From: Tolypothrix carrinoi HA7290-LM1
Lineage (GTDB): Bacteria > Cyanobacteriota > Cyanobacteriia > Cyanobacteriales > Nostocaceae
Reading direction: 5' to 3'
Assembly (NCBI GenBank): GCA_019358935.1
Contig: JAHHIK010000010.1
Span: 1 to 64,000 of the forward strand
DNA length: 64,000 bases
Positions 51,300 through 61,968 of this stretch are shown here, piece by piece. A model generated the notes under the pieces. It worked only from the letters and a program-made list of their open reading frames with translations, made no database searches and had not been told where the DNA came from. The stretch's first letter is position 1. Each line of letters opens with the position of its first letter. The translations under genes were made by a program, and so were the position numbers.

Positions 51300-51851
51300 A
51301 GCTTATCTTTTTCCTCACTTTTTTAGCAGTTTTTTCAGCTATATTCTTGCTTGTGTATTAAGATTAAATTCCTCTTGCTGAGTTTTCATATCTATCAAGA
51401 GAAATACTTATTAACTCTATCTTTAGTAATAATTTTGAGAAGGCTTTAATACTATTTAATATAACTGTTGAAGTCTGTTGAGATTATGAATTAATAATTA
51501 ATTTTGGCAGAGATGAATTATTAAGTTAAAATCCAGTTATTCCACGTCAAAAATAATTCAAATCATAGTGCGGAAATCTTTCCGATTATGTTAAGAATTT
51601 TAAATTGTCGGGTGCGAAGCGCCGAAAGTACGACACCCTACTAATTATATTTGTCTGATGAGTATTAAGCAGATTAACGTAATTTAGGCAAAATAGTAAG
51701 TTAAGGTAGATAAATTTTTATTAAGAATAACGAATAAATTTTTGGCGATACGTTTTCAGCTACATTGGGATGTGCAGCTAACTTTTTCAAGTTCTCTTAG
51801 ATAAAAAGGGAACAAAAATTATTGCTGCACATCAAGTAATCAAGGCATTCT

Positions 51852-52181
51852 TCAATTACGCAGCTTGATAGCGGTGCCTGTCGCGGTAATCAGCAACAAA
51901 ACCCCTGACTGGTCAACATTAATCGTACCAGTATCAAATTCAATCCCGACAACAGCATCTGCCCCTAAACGCGATGCCCGCTGTTCTAACTCTTGTAGTG
52001 CCTTACGTTGACCTTGCTCAAATAAGCGCTCATAGCTGCCGGTGCGTCCACCAACAATATCCCGAATGCTAGCGAAAAAATCCCGTAGGAAATTGCTGCC
52101 GTAGACGACTTCTGCCGTCACAATACCTAAATATGACTGAATGACAGACCCCTGAATTACATCGGTCGTGGTTAAAATCAT
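51852..52181 (-). CDS. YbjQ/UPF0145 family protein
   Basis: ILTTT, GIV, RDIVGGR-YE, GADAVVG, ATGTA. Confidence 0.92.
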   Translation of the reverse strand: MILTTTDVIQGSVIQSYLGIVTAEVVYGSNFLRDFFASIRDIVGGRTGSYERLFEQGQRKALQELEQRASRLGADAVVGIEFDTGTINVDQSGVLLLITATGTAIKLRN

Positions 52182-52481
52182 AAATTAGCCTCTTGAGCGT
52201 TACGTCTGTTGTGTGCTTCTAACCGGATTTTAGATTTGGAATAGGTATTTAGATATAGTGATGACGATATTGTTTGCCACCATATGTAACTTTTTCTTTC
52301 TCAAAATGGTATCAGCCAAGACAAACGCTACGGCGCTGACCTTAACGGATGAGTGTAATGCATCAATAATAAATATGAAAACAGAATAAATACAGTTTTC
52401 AAAACTCAAGATTTTTGTTTTAATGTACATGCAATTACACGACATGTGAAAAAAATTGCCAAATACTTCAGGATAATTACG

Positions 52482-53162
52482 GTGTACAAGCAGACATCAT
52501 TTCTACTAAGTGTTCTTTTATTAGGTAGTTTTGCAGCTACAATCCCCTCGGTGGCTCAGGCTCAGGTAACAGTAGCGCAAGCTAGAAGCGCAGAGTTAAA
52601 GCAATTGCTAGAAGATGGGCGGCGGTTGGTGAATTCTGGAGACTATAACGGCGCGATTTCTGTTTATCAACAAGCAGTAGCGATCGAGCCAAAAAATGCC
52701 AAAATTCATTCTGGCATGGGCTACTTATATGCTATACAAGGAAATTTCCAAGCAGCATTAGCGGCTTACCGTCGTGCTCTTGGTATTGATCCTAACAATG
52801 GCGATTTTTTCTATGCTGTAGGTTATATCAAAGGAAATTTGGGAGATACTGCTGGGGCAAAGGACGCTTATCGTAAAGCGATACAGCTCAACCGCAACAA
52901 TATTAATGCTTACTTGGGATTGGGTGTGACACAATCCCGTCTAGGAGATTATGAAGCAGCTATGTGGGCTTACGATCAAGCGATCAATATTGATAAGAAT
53001 AATGCCCAAACTTATGAGTTGATGGGTTCAATGTTCAAGCAACGACGAAAAGCCAAAGAAGCAAGTAATGTGCTTAATAAAGCGCGTGACTTGTATCAAC
53101 GTCGCAATGACTCAGATGGCGTGGCAAGGGTAGAAGCCTTGCTGCGAGATTTGGGAGGTTGA
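52482..53162 (+). CDS. Exported TPR-repeat protein
   Basis: Signal-like N-terminus and tandem 34-aa TPRs. GTG start placed at VYKQ. Confidence 0.88.
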   Translation: MYKQTSFLLSVLLLGSFAATIPSVAQAQVTVAQARSAELKQLLEDGRRLVNSGDYNGAISVYQQAVAIEPKNAKIHSGMGYLYAIQGNFQAALAAYRRALGIDPNNGDFFYAVGYIKGNLGDTAGAKDAYRKAIQLNRNNINAYLGLGVTQSRLGDYEAAMWAYDQAINIDKNNAQTYELMGSMFKQRRKAKEASNVLNKARDLYQRRNDSDGVARVEALLRDLGG

Positions 53163-53183
53163 TTTAACTTTAGAAGACAGTCA

Positions 53184-53510
53184 CTATCAACAGAGCGATC
53201 GCTGCATGTACTGGTAAGATAACCGAACTTTTATCAGCCAGACTTGCAGCTATATCATATTGAAAACTAAACTGTTGGCTACTTATGCTACCTGCGGCTT
53301 TTCTAATATCCAGGTTCTCGACTGCAATACATAACAGCCAAAATCAGAATGTAGTCCTGCTTAATTGTGTAGAGAATTGCATAGGTCAACTTCACAACTA
53401 TAACATTTGCGAAGCCATAGTATAACTATAATTATACCATGATGTTATCACTTATAATCAAAGCATTCAAATCTGTTTCGATCGCCAGTTGCCGATTTTC
53501 TTCGAGTTCT
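53184..53510. repeat. Internally deleted direct-repeat copy of 61233-62347
   Basis: 53184-53255 = 61233-61304; 53286-53383 ~ 61356-61453; 53414-53510 ~ 62251-62347. Confidence 0.92.
53288..53383 (-). pseudogene. 3' fragment of RelE/ParE toxin gene with nonsense change
   Basis: Reads YAILYTIKQDYILILAVMYCSREPGY*KSRR*; TGG to TAG relative to 61358-61648. Confidence 0.85.
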
Positions 53511-53546
53511 AATGAAGCAGAGAAAATAGCCGCTTGATCGACGGGG

Positions 53547-56500
53547 TTAATTAGATTTGGGAGCGATCGCAATACCTTGGCAAAGATTGCGATCGGCTGG
53601 TTTCACCTTGGGGTTATTCCTGAGATAATCATCTGCCCAATTGCAACCGCGTTTGAGCAAATAATCAAGGTCAAAATCCCAAACGGAAACACCTTCTTGT
53701 CCAGCAGCAGCGATACTTTTACCATCTGGGCTAAAACTAACATTATCACTGCCCAATCGCTCGTAAGTTGCCAGTAAAGAACCTTCGATATTAAAAAGTT
53801 TAATCTTCTTTAAACCTGCTGCTGCGATTATCTTGCCATCGGGACTAAAACTTACACTCGATACAGGTTCTTCAACGTTAAATGTGTTCAAGCTTTTGTT
53901 ATCTTGGCTATCTAAACTCCAAAGCTTAACCCCACTATCTTTACTGGCAGATGCGATGAGTTTACCATCGGGACTGAAACTTACACCTGTAACTCCATTT
54001 CCATGCTCTTTAAATTCTTTAATTACTTTGCCAGTTGCAGGTTGCCAAACTTTAACTGTTTTGTCGTCGCTGCCAGATGCGACTAAAGTACCATTATGAT
54101 TAAAGCTAACGCTGTTTACATTTTGTTTATGCTCTCTGAAATTTGTCATTATTTGACCATCGCGCTGCCAAATTTTCACGGTATTATCATAGCTTGCTGA
54201 AGCTATCTTACTGCCATCTGGACTAACACTGACGCTGGAAATAATATTATTATGTCCTGGAAAAGTTTGTAATAACTGTACACTATTTTGTGTATTTTTT
54301 CCCGATGCCTGCGAAATCTGCCAGAGTTTGACAACATCATCGTTAGTCACAATAGCAATTTTGTCACTGTTAGGGATTGCCTCGATAGATCCGATAAAAT
54401 TGGTTTTTAAGGTCACTGTTTTTGGCTGTATCAACTTTGCTTTAGCATTTTGATTTATATAGCTATTTATATGCCAAAATTGCACCTCATTCTCGTTGAT
54501 ACGAGTAGCAAAAGTCTTGTTGTCAGCACTAAATATAGTAGGAGAATCTGGTATTGAATTTTTTAAGTCTTCATCGCTAAGATAGTCACCAAAGCGCTCA
54601 AGTTCCTCACTGGGTATAGTTTGGAGAATTTCCAGGAAAGTGCCATCACTTCTCCATAACTCCACAGTCCGCTCATTGGTACGAACCGCTAAAATTTGAG
54701 CATCATCGCTGAGAACTACAGAAGGGTAGGGTGAACTGTCACTTGGAACTATGTTTCTGGTTTTGAGTTGGATGGTAGTGTTCTGCGATCGCTCAATATT
54801 CCAAATAGATATTTTATTACTGCCTGCCCTATAAAAAACCTTTGTTTTTAAATCTTTACTCGATATAGGATTTGCTGGATTTTGGTTTTTACTACTATCT
54901 TGAATTGATGAAATTACAGAACCATCATAATTCAAATATTGTATATAATTATTACTGCTAATCGCTATTTCCTTACTATTAATAATAAAGCTTATATCAA
55001 CTTCGCTACTATTTTCTTTATTATTAGGCAGATTAATTTTTTTAATTAAATTACCATTACTATTCCATAATTCTAATTGAAAGTCTTCAGAATTATAGCT
55101 GTTTGGAAGATACTTTTTGACAATAGCTATATCTCCATCGGGACTAAATTTTACTGATATTCTTCTATCCTGCTTTAGAGTTTTGATAATTTTACCGTTA
55201 ACCTCTACAAATTTAAGAGTGTTATCATTCGACCAAAAAGCTAAAGTTTTACTATCAGCGCTAAAGCCCATACTTTTATCATTTTCATAATTAATCAAGC
55301 CATAGTCATGCAAAGAAGTAATCTGTTTTCCATCTCTCTGCCAAAGTTTGATAGTTTTATCCCGACTGCGGGTTGCAAATTTTTTACCATCAGGGCTAAA
55401 ACTTATCTCCTCAACTCTATCTTTGTGTCCTTTGAGAGTTGTAATCTGCTTACCTTCACTCGAATAAATTTCTACTGTATTATCGCTCTTGCTGAGAGCA
55501 ATCATTTTTCCATTATTACTAAAACTTCCTTGAATAAGACTTCCTTGTAGAGTCTTGATATATTTGCCGTCACTTTGCCAAAGCTGTAGGTTAGTTTCTT
55601 GGCTAGCGGAAACAATGCTTTCGCGATCGGCACTAAAATTTACTTCTAGATTATTTCCTGGTAATTTTGCAAATAAAGAGCCGTTACGCTGCCAGAGTGT
55701 TGCCTCACCATTATACTTATTGATAGCAGCAAGTAATTGACTACTAGGATTAAAACTTATATTTGTTATATAATCATAGTCGTTATATTCAGAAGATTTA
55801 AAACTCTTCTTTTCCAAACTCCAAAGCTTAATGGTTCTGTCCTCGCTAACAGAAGCAAGCATATCTAATGCTGGATTAAAGCTGATATCGGTGACTTTAT
55901 TTCTATGTCCAGTAAGATTAATAGAGTCTATAAATTCTCTATTAGCTGTTTGAGAACTACTAACTATTATACTGTTCTCTATCTGATCGGTATATCTTAT
56001 TCCATAAGAGCTAGTAGCAACCCCGGTTGCAATAATTTTGCTGTCTGGGCTAAACTTGAAATTTATACTTGGTTCCTGATATACATTTTCACCAGTATTA
56101 AATGAAGAACCATCACTACGCCATAACAAACCAAAACTAGAATTAATAGTTTGACCATCGGGACTAAAACTAAGTCTAGGCAAAAAGTTTTCTCTAACCT
56201 CAATATCATCAATCAAAGATTTGATTTCCTTACCTTCCCGATTCCAAAGTTTTGCGGTTTTATCCAAGCTAGCAGAAACAATTGTTTGACCATCGGGACT
56301 AAAGTTGACGCTCGTGACACTAGCATTATGTCCCGTCGGCAAATCTTTAATTACTTTTCCATTTAAATTCCAAAGTATTATACTGCCATCTTTAGCTCCA
56401 GAAAGTATTGTTTGACCGTTAGGACTAAAACTAGCACTCACAATTTCTGTTCGTTTATGTACAAATATAGAAATTGGTTTAGTATTTATTTGATTACTTT

Positions 56501-59500
56501 TGATTGACTTTATATCCCAAAGTTTTAAAGTTTTATCTTCGCTACCAGAGAGAATTTTTTTATTATCTGGACTGAAGATAAGATTAGTAATTTTTTTATC
56601 ATGAGCATTATTAATGGTTGCAATTTCTATTCCATCTTGTTGCCAAACCTTCACCACTCCATCGGCACTTCCAGAGGCTATCATTTTACCATCAGGACTG
56701 TAACTAACTTTGGTGACAGTATCTTTGTGTCCTTCTAAACTATTCCGTTCTCGAATTGTATAAACTACATCTTGTAAAGCGGTCGTCACCTGCATTTTAA
56801 CTTCAGGTGATACCCCAATCGACCACCATTGTTTGATACGTTTGCCTGCTTTTAATGCTTGTACTAATGCCTCTAAATCGTTGTTTGAATTTAAGAACCT
56901 TTGAGATTCATTACTCATCGACATAAGTTGACTATTATTCTGACTTATCAACACTAGTGGTAAGAATATTGCAAATGCTCCAGTAATAACCCCTAAAGAT
57001 ACTTTCCAAACTAAACCTTTTCGCTCATCGATGAGTTGCTGTCTGAGAACTTCATTAAGCTTTGCTTCAGTTAACTTCCTTTGCTCTCGTTCTTTCTCCA
57101 GCTCTTTAATCAATCGCTCCGACTGCTGCTGACGTACAAATGGTACTAAATAATCATGAACTAGCTGATAGCGATCGCTCGGAAATCCTGGTACTTGAAA
57201 TACCAATCCAGATTTGACTAAAATCTTTAAAATTAAGTTTAATCTTTCTGTCTCTAATGCTAATTCTGCTTCGATTTCGGCACGATTTTTCAGGGGACGA
57301 GTATTGTTTTCATCGGTTAAAATATATAACACTAATTTAGCAAACTGCTCGTTATTCTGACCGCAGTCTTTCACAACCTCTTCTAAAAAACGTCCTACTA
57401 ATTCTTCTTTGGGACCATATTCTTGATATTGAGCGAGTGTTGTAATTTTTTCGGTTTGCAGTTGCGCTCCTACTACTTGTAATTCAATCGGACGAACTTC
57501 ATTAAAGTTACTCGCTAAATCTCGCACTAATTCATCAATTAGTTCGACATCGAGATGGAATTGAGAGCTTTCTGTTAAATTATCGATGACAGAACGAGCA
57601 TCTTCTGGAGAAAAATTGCCTAAATAGTAGAGGATTTTTTTGTCTAAAATATTGCAGTCGATCGCATCTAGTTTTACCAAGCGATCGCATTCGAGTAAGT
57701 AATGTAAATAATCTTCTCGCAGCGAGAGAATAATCTTTACATAGGGGATATTTAAACAGTCGCGTATAAATTCAAAAAATGGTTGTCTTTGTACGGGGTC
57801 TTTATAAGCAAAGAAAAATTCTTCAAATTGGTCGAAAATTAAAACTGTTAATGAATTATTATCAATATTTTTCTTGAGTTCTGTTGTAAAAGCTGCCATC
57901 GTATCTAAAAAGTGGGGAAAACTTAAACCCTTGACTTCTTCGATAGATTCGACAAAACGACTACCCAAAGTTTTTGCCCAGTCTGTATAAACTTGCAACA
58001 AAACAGGTACAACGTCCCGTGCTTCAACCGATTTCTGCTTTAAAGCTGGCAATAAACCCGCTTGTACGAGGGAACTTTTACCGACACCAGATTGCCCGTA
58101 AACTACAGTTAATTTGCAATCGGGACGACCAATTCGTTCGATTAATCGATTTACATCTTGCAACCTTCCAGAAGCGGCAATTTCTGGAGACACATTTGCT
58201 TTGCGATCGCTAACTCCTAACCCAAAGTTAGCTACTTGTCGTCTCGATTGTAAGCGTCCAGCACCAACAAAAGCCCGCAATCCATATTGTTGTTCTATCG
58301 ATCGCAATTCTTGTTTAATATCAAATGCTTCTAAGTATTTGCTTTGGTCAAAGTAAAGCTTTTGCAGGGTGGAAAGAATGCGAATGTAAAACAAAGGGTC
58401 TAACTGGGGATTGCTATGAAAACGAGCAGTTTCTAAATGAGAAATAGCTTCGCTTGTTTGCTCAAGATGTTGTTGTGCTTGGGCTAATAATAATAAGTAT
58501 ATATTGCGAAAATTTTTACGTTCCCAATCCAAAATTGTAGTTTGATTTGCTGGGATATTATCTTGATTTGGGACGATGATATCATTATGTTGTAGTGCTA
58601 ATTCCGCATATTCCTTCGCTTGCATCCATTCTGATTTTTGTAAGGCTACTTCTGCCATTAATCCATAACTATAACCGAGCTTTACGGGTTCCGGATGGGC
58701 TTTATGCAAATTAATCGCTTGAGTCGCAACCTTTTCTAGTTCCTCCCACGCTGCTAATTGAGTTAATACTTCTCCCCATAGATTAATATATTTTGCTGCC
58801 AAATTTGGTTGATGATGCTGTTCAAAAATATCTACACATTTTTGAAAATATTCTTTAGCTTGCTCGCAAGCTTGCCGATGTTCGCTACGATGTATATTCG
58901 CATATTGTCGCCACCACAAACCTAGATGCAATAGCACACATCCGTAACGTTTGATATCATCTAGATGGCTATTTTCCCTATCTGTAACTCGCTGCTGCCA
59001 GAAATCTAAACTTTGTTCGTAGTACGCTCGCGCTTCTGATTTCTTATTACTTGCATCTGCTTCTCTACCTAGCAAAAATTGAATACTTGCTGCTAATGGT
59101 GCTAATGGCTGCATTGATTTTTGTAAATCTTTGACAGCCAATTCCATTTCTAAAAAATGATAGGTATCAAAATCAAGATTTAATGAGGCATTATCTAAAA
59201 ATATCCCGGAAACTGCATTGAGAATTGCGGAAAATACTAAGGATATAGTTTCTTCTAACTTAGTAATTAACTCATTAGTTTCGATTTCAAACTTAATGGA
59301 ATTACCTGTCCAATTTTTAAAGTCTGGCATTCGACGAATCAATTTTTGGAAGATTTCATCGTTTACCCATAGCACAATCGGAAATTGAAAATTCTTGCGA
59401 AATTCTTCTCTAACTTGATTTGTGGAAATTAAAACTTGGTCAACAGCCTCAACTAACTCCAAGCCAAATATCATTAAAGCTGAAGGTTGTCTATCTTTCA

Positions 59501-59747
59501 AATCAGCTTGAATTGTTGTAAAAAGGGTTTTGACTGACTTTGACAGGTGCAACTCATGAATTTCCATCGGACACTGTTGCTTCAATCGCTGCACCATTTC
59601 ATCTTGCAAACTGCGGTAGTTACAGCGTGCAATAATCAAGACAAAATTTTCTTGAGAATTGGTAATTGATCGCGCTAATTTTCGCAAAGAGCGTTCGTTA
59701 TCAACTACAATTTTTTCTGGAATTTGTTTGGGTTCTGGGGATATCAT
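53547..59747 (-). CDS. STAND (nSTAND1-like) NTPase with TPR-like region, TM helix and multiple WD40 propellers
   Basis: VYGQSGVGKSS Walker A, LIFDQFEEFF Walker B, SLRED, YQLVHDYL; TM segment LVWKVSLGVITGAFAIFLPLVLI; many GH...FSPDG...LW repeats. Confidence 0.88.
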   Translation of the reverse strand: MISPEPKQIPEKIVVDNERSLRKLARSITNSQENFVLIIARCNYRSLQDEMVQRLKQQCPMEIHELHLSKSVKTLFTTIQADLKDRQPSALMIFGLELVEAVDQVLISTNQVREEFRKNFQFPIVLWVNDEIFQKLIRRMPDFKNWTGNSIKFEIETNELITKLEETISLVFSAILNAVSGIFLDNASLNLDFDTYHFLEMELAVKDLQKSMQPLAPLAASIQFLLGREADASNKKSEARAYYEQSLDFWQQRVTDRENSHLDDIKRYGCVLLHLGLWWRQYANIHRSEHRQACEQAKEYFQKCVDIFEQHHQPNLAAKYINLWGEVLTQLAAWEELEKVATQAINLHKAHPEPVKLGYSYGLMAEVALQKSEWMQAKEYAELALQHNDIIVPNQDNIPANQTTILDWERKNFRNIYLLLLAQAQQHLEQTSEAISHLETARFHSNPQLDPLFYIRILSTLQKLYFDQSKYLEAFDIKQELRSIEQQYGLRAFVGAGRLQSRRQVANFGLGVSDRKANVSPEIAASGRLQDVNRLIERIGRPDCKLTVVYGQSGVGKSSLVQAGLLPALKQKSVEARDVVPVLLQVYTDWAKTLGSRFVESIEEVKGLSFPHFLDTMAAFTTELKKNIDNNSLTVLIFDQFEEFFFAYKDPVQRQPFFEFIRDCLNIPYVKIILSLREDYLHYLLECDRLVKLDAIDCNILDKKILYYLGNFSPEDARSVIDNLTESSQFHLDVELIDELVRDLASNFNEVRPIELQVVGAQLQTEKITTLAQYQEYGPKEELVGRFLEEVVKDCGQNNEQFAKLVLYILTDENNTRPLKNRAEIEAELALETERLNLILKILVKSGLVFQVPGFPSDRYQLVHDYLVPFVRQQQSERLIKELEKEREQRKLTEAKLNEVLRQQLIDERKGLVWKVSLGVITGAFAIFLPLVLISQNNSQLMSMSNESQRFLNSNNDLEALVQALKAGKRIKQWWSIGVSPEVKMQVTTALQDVVYTIRERNSLEGHKDTVTKVSYSPDGKMIASGSADGVVKVWQQDGIEIATINNAHDKKITNLIFSPDNKKILSGSEDKTLKLWDIKSIKSNQINTKPISIFVHKRTEIVSASFSPNGQTILSGAKDGSIILWNLNGKVIKDLPTGHNASVTSVNFSPDGQTIVSASLDKTAKLWNREGKEIKSLIDDIEVRENFLPRLSFSPDGQTINSSFGLLWRSDGSSFNTGENVYQEPSINFKFSPDSKIIATGVATSSYGIRYTDQIENSIIVSSSQTANREFIDSINLTGHRNKVTDISFNPALDMLASVSEDRTIKLWSLEKKSFKSSEYNDYDYITNISFNPSSQLLAAINKYNGEATLWQRNGSLFAKLPGNNLEVNFSADRESIVSASQETNLQLWQSDGKYIKTLQGSLIQGSFSNNGKMIALSKSDNTVEIYSSEGKQITTLKGHKDRVEEISFSPDGKKFATRSRDKTIKLWQRDGKQITSLHDYGLINYENDKSMGFSADSKTLAFWSNDNTLKFVEVNGKIIKTLKQDRRISVKFSPDGDIAIVKKYLPNSYNSEDFQLELWNSNGNLIKKINLPNNKENSSEVDISFIINSKEIAISSNNYIQYLNYDGSVISSIQDSSKNQNPANPISSKDLKTKVFYRAGSNKISIWNIERSQNTTIQLKTRNIVPSDSSPYPSVVLSDDAQILAVRTNERTVELWRSDGTFLEILQTIPSEELERFGDYLSDEDLKNSIPDSPTIFSADNKTFATRINENEVQFWHINSYINQNAKAKLIQPKTVTLKTNFIGSIEAIPNSDKIAIVTNDDVVKLWQISQASGKNTQNSVQLLQTFPGHNNIISSVSVSPDGSKIASASYDNTVKIWQRDGQIMTNFREHKQNVNSVSFNHNGTLVASGSDDKTVKVWQPATGKVIKEFKEHGNGVTGVSFSPDGKLIASASKDSGVKLWSLDSQDNKSLNTFNVEEPVSSVSFSPDGKIIAAAGLKKIKLFNIEGSLLATYERLGSDNVSFSPDGKSIAAAGQEGVSVWDFDLDYLLKRGCNWADDYLRNNPKVKPADRNLCQGIAIAPKSN

Positions 59748-61048
59748 AATTTAAATTTCTTCGACTCTGCGATCGCAGGATTAATATCAAACCAGCGTCC
59801 TTCTAGATCGCGGTATTCAAATAAAAACATACTTCTAAGTAGTGTTTGGTATTCTTCCTCACCTTTTACGTTGTCTTTATTTTGCAAAATTTGATGTAGT
59901 AACGTCCACTCATCTTCACTAATTGCCGATATCAAATCATCTCGGTATTCACGGATAACCATTTCCAAACAATCACGTTGAATTGGTGGGTCATTTTCTT
60001 GCAGGCAACTATAAAGTAATACTAGTAAATTGCGGACATGACCGCCACTAACCCTAATTAAACGGTCTAAAGTGTCAGCCGCATCAAACACATCAGTAAT
60101 GCGATCGCATCGCTCTTTTTCTCCGAGTCGAGGAAAAGCACGCGCTAAAACCATCTGCCGTAACAAATCCATCCCTTGTTGATTATCCCCTCCCTGGCGA
60201 GATTTCACTGTCACCATCGGTAAGACAAGCGGTTTGACTCCAAAGCGATTGGTCAATGTACTTAACTCATTTGAAAAAATTAACACCAAAGGAATTGTGT
60301 ACACCACATGGCAATTAAGTTTCTTTAGCTGCTCTCCTCTATCAATAAAAAGATACTCCGGTTGCGAACGTCCCGTAGTTTTTAGCGAAATATCAACGCG
60401 ATCGAGATTATCGATGATGACAACCAAACCTTTGTATCCTTGTTGCTTCAATTCCTGCTTGGCAGTCTCTAATATCTGTTGGTTGATAGCATCTAAAATA
60501 CCACTGGTGCGTGGTTCTAAATATTGACGTAATTGACTGCGGAGTCTGGGACTATCTTTTGTTTTGGCAGTAACTTTCCCAATACCCATTGGTAGAGAAA
60601 ATTCAAATTCGGGAATTACTGGTGTTTGTAGAAAATCAGCGATTTCATTAAACAAACTCACAAAATAACTTGGCTTCAACCTAATATTAACGCTCTCTAA
60701 ACTGACGCTAACTTGACGGGTAATAGCCAGCAAAATATCGCTGACATCAACATCAGCCATATCTAAATCTGCACTAGACTCAAAATAAACCACATGAAAA
60801 CCTTGCCGTTCTAGTTCGTCTTTGAGTCGGAATAGCTCTGTAGATTTGCCACAACCGATATGTCCCGTAAATAGTTGGCAGGTTGAAGAGTCAACTTGAT
60901 GGGCGATCGTTCGTCGCAACCTTTGGACTACATTTCCTCCACGTACCGATGAAAAGTCAATATAATATTGTTGGTCTTCTCTATTCTCAATCTTTAAAGT
61001 TTTACTAGGATTGCAAGCATTAAAAAATTTTATTGGGTCTAATGTCAT
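59744..61048 (-). CDS. P-loop ATPase (AAA+/KAP-like)
   Basis: FTGHIGCGKSTEL Walker A, VIIDNLDR Walker B, SGGHVR; ATGA overlap with the next gene. Confidence 0.88.
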   Translation of the reverse strand: MTLDPIKFFNACNPSKTLKIENREDQQYYIDFSSVRGGNVVQRLRRTIAHQVDSSTCQLFTGHIGCGKSTELFRLKDELERQGFHVVYFESSADLDMADVDVSDILLAITRQVSVSLESVNIRLKPSYFVSLFNEIADFLQTPVIPEFEFSLPMGIGKVTAKTKDSPRLRSQLRQYLEPRTSGILDAINQQILETAKQELKQQGYKGLVVIIDNLDRVDISLKTTGRSQPEYLFIDRGEQLKKLNCHVVYTIPLVLIFSNELSTLTNRFGVKPLVLPMVTVKSRQGGDNQQGMDLLRQMVLARAFPRLGEKERCDRITDVFDAADTLDRLIRVSGGHVRNLLVLLYSCLQENDPPIQRDCLEMVIREYRDDLISAISEDEWTLLHQILQNKDNVKGEEEYQTLLRSMFLFEYRDLEGRWFDINPAIAESKKFKL

Positions 61049-61061
61049 AGAAATCTCTTGA

Positions 61062-61232
61062 TATAGGATTACTATTTGATTTTTGAAAAGATACGTAGGG
61101 AAGGCAAAAAGGGGTGTGGATGTTCCTCCCCCTTTATTGCCGTTGTGTTAGCTTAGAGAGTACGGCACCATTTTCAAGGGTTTGGTGCGTTAGACGGAAC
61201 GTCTAACGCACCCTACAATACTTAAATTTTTT
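61062..61232. mobile_element. REP/MITE-like remnant
   Basis: TATAGGATTACTATTTGATTTTTGAA end and GGTGCGTTAGACG/CGTCTAACGCACC-CTAC hairpin. Confidence 0.55.
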
Positions 61233-61357
61233 CTATCAACAGAGCGATCGCTGCATGTACTGGTAAGATAACCGAACTTTTATCAGCCAGACTTGCAGCT
61301 ATATTATATTAGAAACGAAGCAGGCAAACGTAATATTAAGCTGGTAGCGACTTTGTG

Positions 61358-61648
61358 CTACCTGCGGCTTTTCCAATATCCAGGTTCTCGACTGCAATAC
61401 ATAACAGCCAAAATCAAAATATAGTCCTGCTCAATTGTATAAAGAATTCCATAAGGAAACTTTTGAGTCAAACATCTGCGAACGTCCTCATCAAGCACAG
61501 CCCAACGAGTCGGAGACTCTTTTATTCGATAAACTGCATCCTCAACAGCATCAATAAAAGCTTGCGCTACCTCAGCACGTTGCTTTGCATAATACTGCAC
61601 AGCTTCAGTATATTCAGTGAGTGCCTCAGGGTGAAATACATACTTCAT
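61358..61648 (-). CDS. Type II TA RelE/ParE family toxin
   Basis: FHPEA-E-A-YY, RRCL-KFPY-I-Y, ILAV-SREPGYW. Confidence 0.9.
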   Translation of the reverse strand: MKYVFHPEALTEYTEAVQYYAKQRAEVAQAFIDAVEDAVYRIKESPTRWAVLDEDVRRCLTQKFPYGILYTIEQDYILILAVMYCSREPGYWKSRR

Positions 61649-61875
61649 TGCCCAAGTAGTCGCCTCACTTGAGCCAAAGCTTGTTCTCCTGGAATCGGTT
61701 GGACATCTTTACTGCGAACCTCATCCCGTCGTTTCTGTGCCTCATCAATCCAAGCTGCTTGAATTGTTGGGTCTGTATCAAATTCCAAGCTTTCCACTAT
61801 CTTTTCTGCCAAGAGCGCCCTCGACGCACTAGGCAAAGATAGGATTTCTTCTGTCAGTTGCTCAATTGACCGCAT
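61645..61875 (-). CDS. Addiction-module antitoxin (TIGR02574-like)
   Basis: LP-SRA-LA-ESL, AW-EA-RR, IPGE; ATGA overlap with the toxin. Confidence 0.88.
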   Translation of the reverse strand: MRSIEQLTEEILSLPSASRALLAEKIVESLEFDTDPTIQAAWIDEAQKRRDEVRSKDVQPIPGEQALAQVRRLLGQ

Positions 61876-61902
61876 AGCTACCCGCAGAATGTTGAATTCT
61901 GC

Positions 61903-61968
61903 TCACAGTGTAACAACAATTGCAACTAGTCTTGGCATATCTGCCCACCAAATTTCACCTTGCTGCAT
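61903..61968 (-). pseudogene. Truncated PemK/MazF-like toxin remnant
   Basis: MQQGEIWWADMP start overlaps the antitoxin stop (TAATG); the frame closes after 21 codons. Confidence 0.7.

Noticed and set aside
51300..51850. Long intergenic region as a possible ncRNA
   Set aside because: AT-rich with only a small REP-like hairpin (~51607-51640); no recognisable RNA family.
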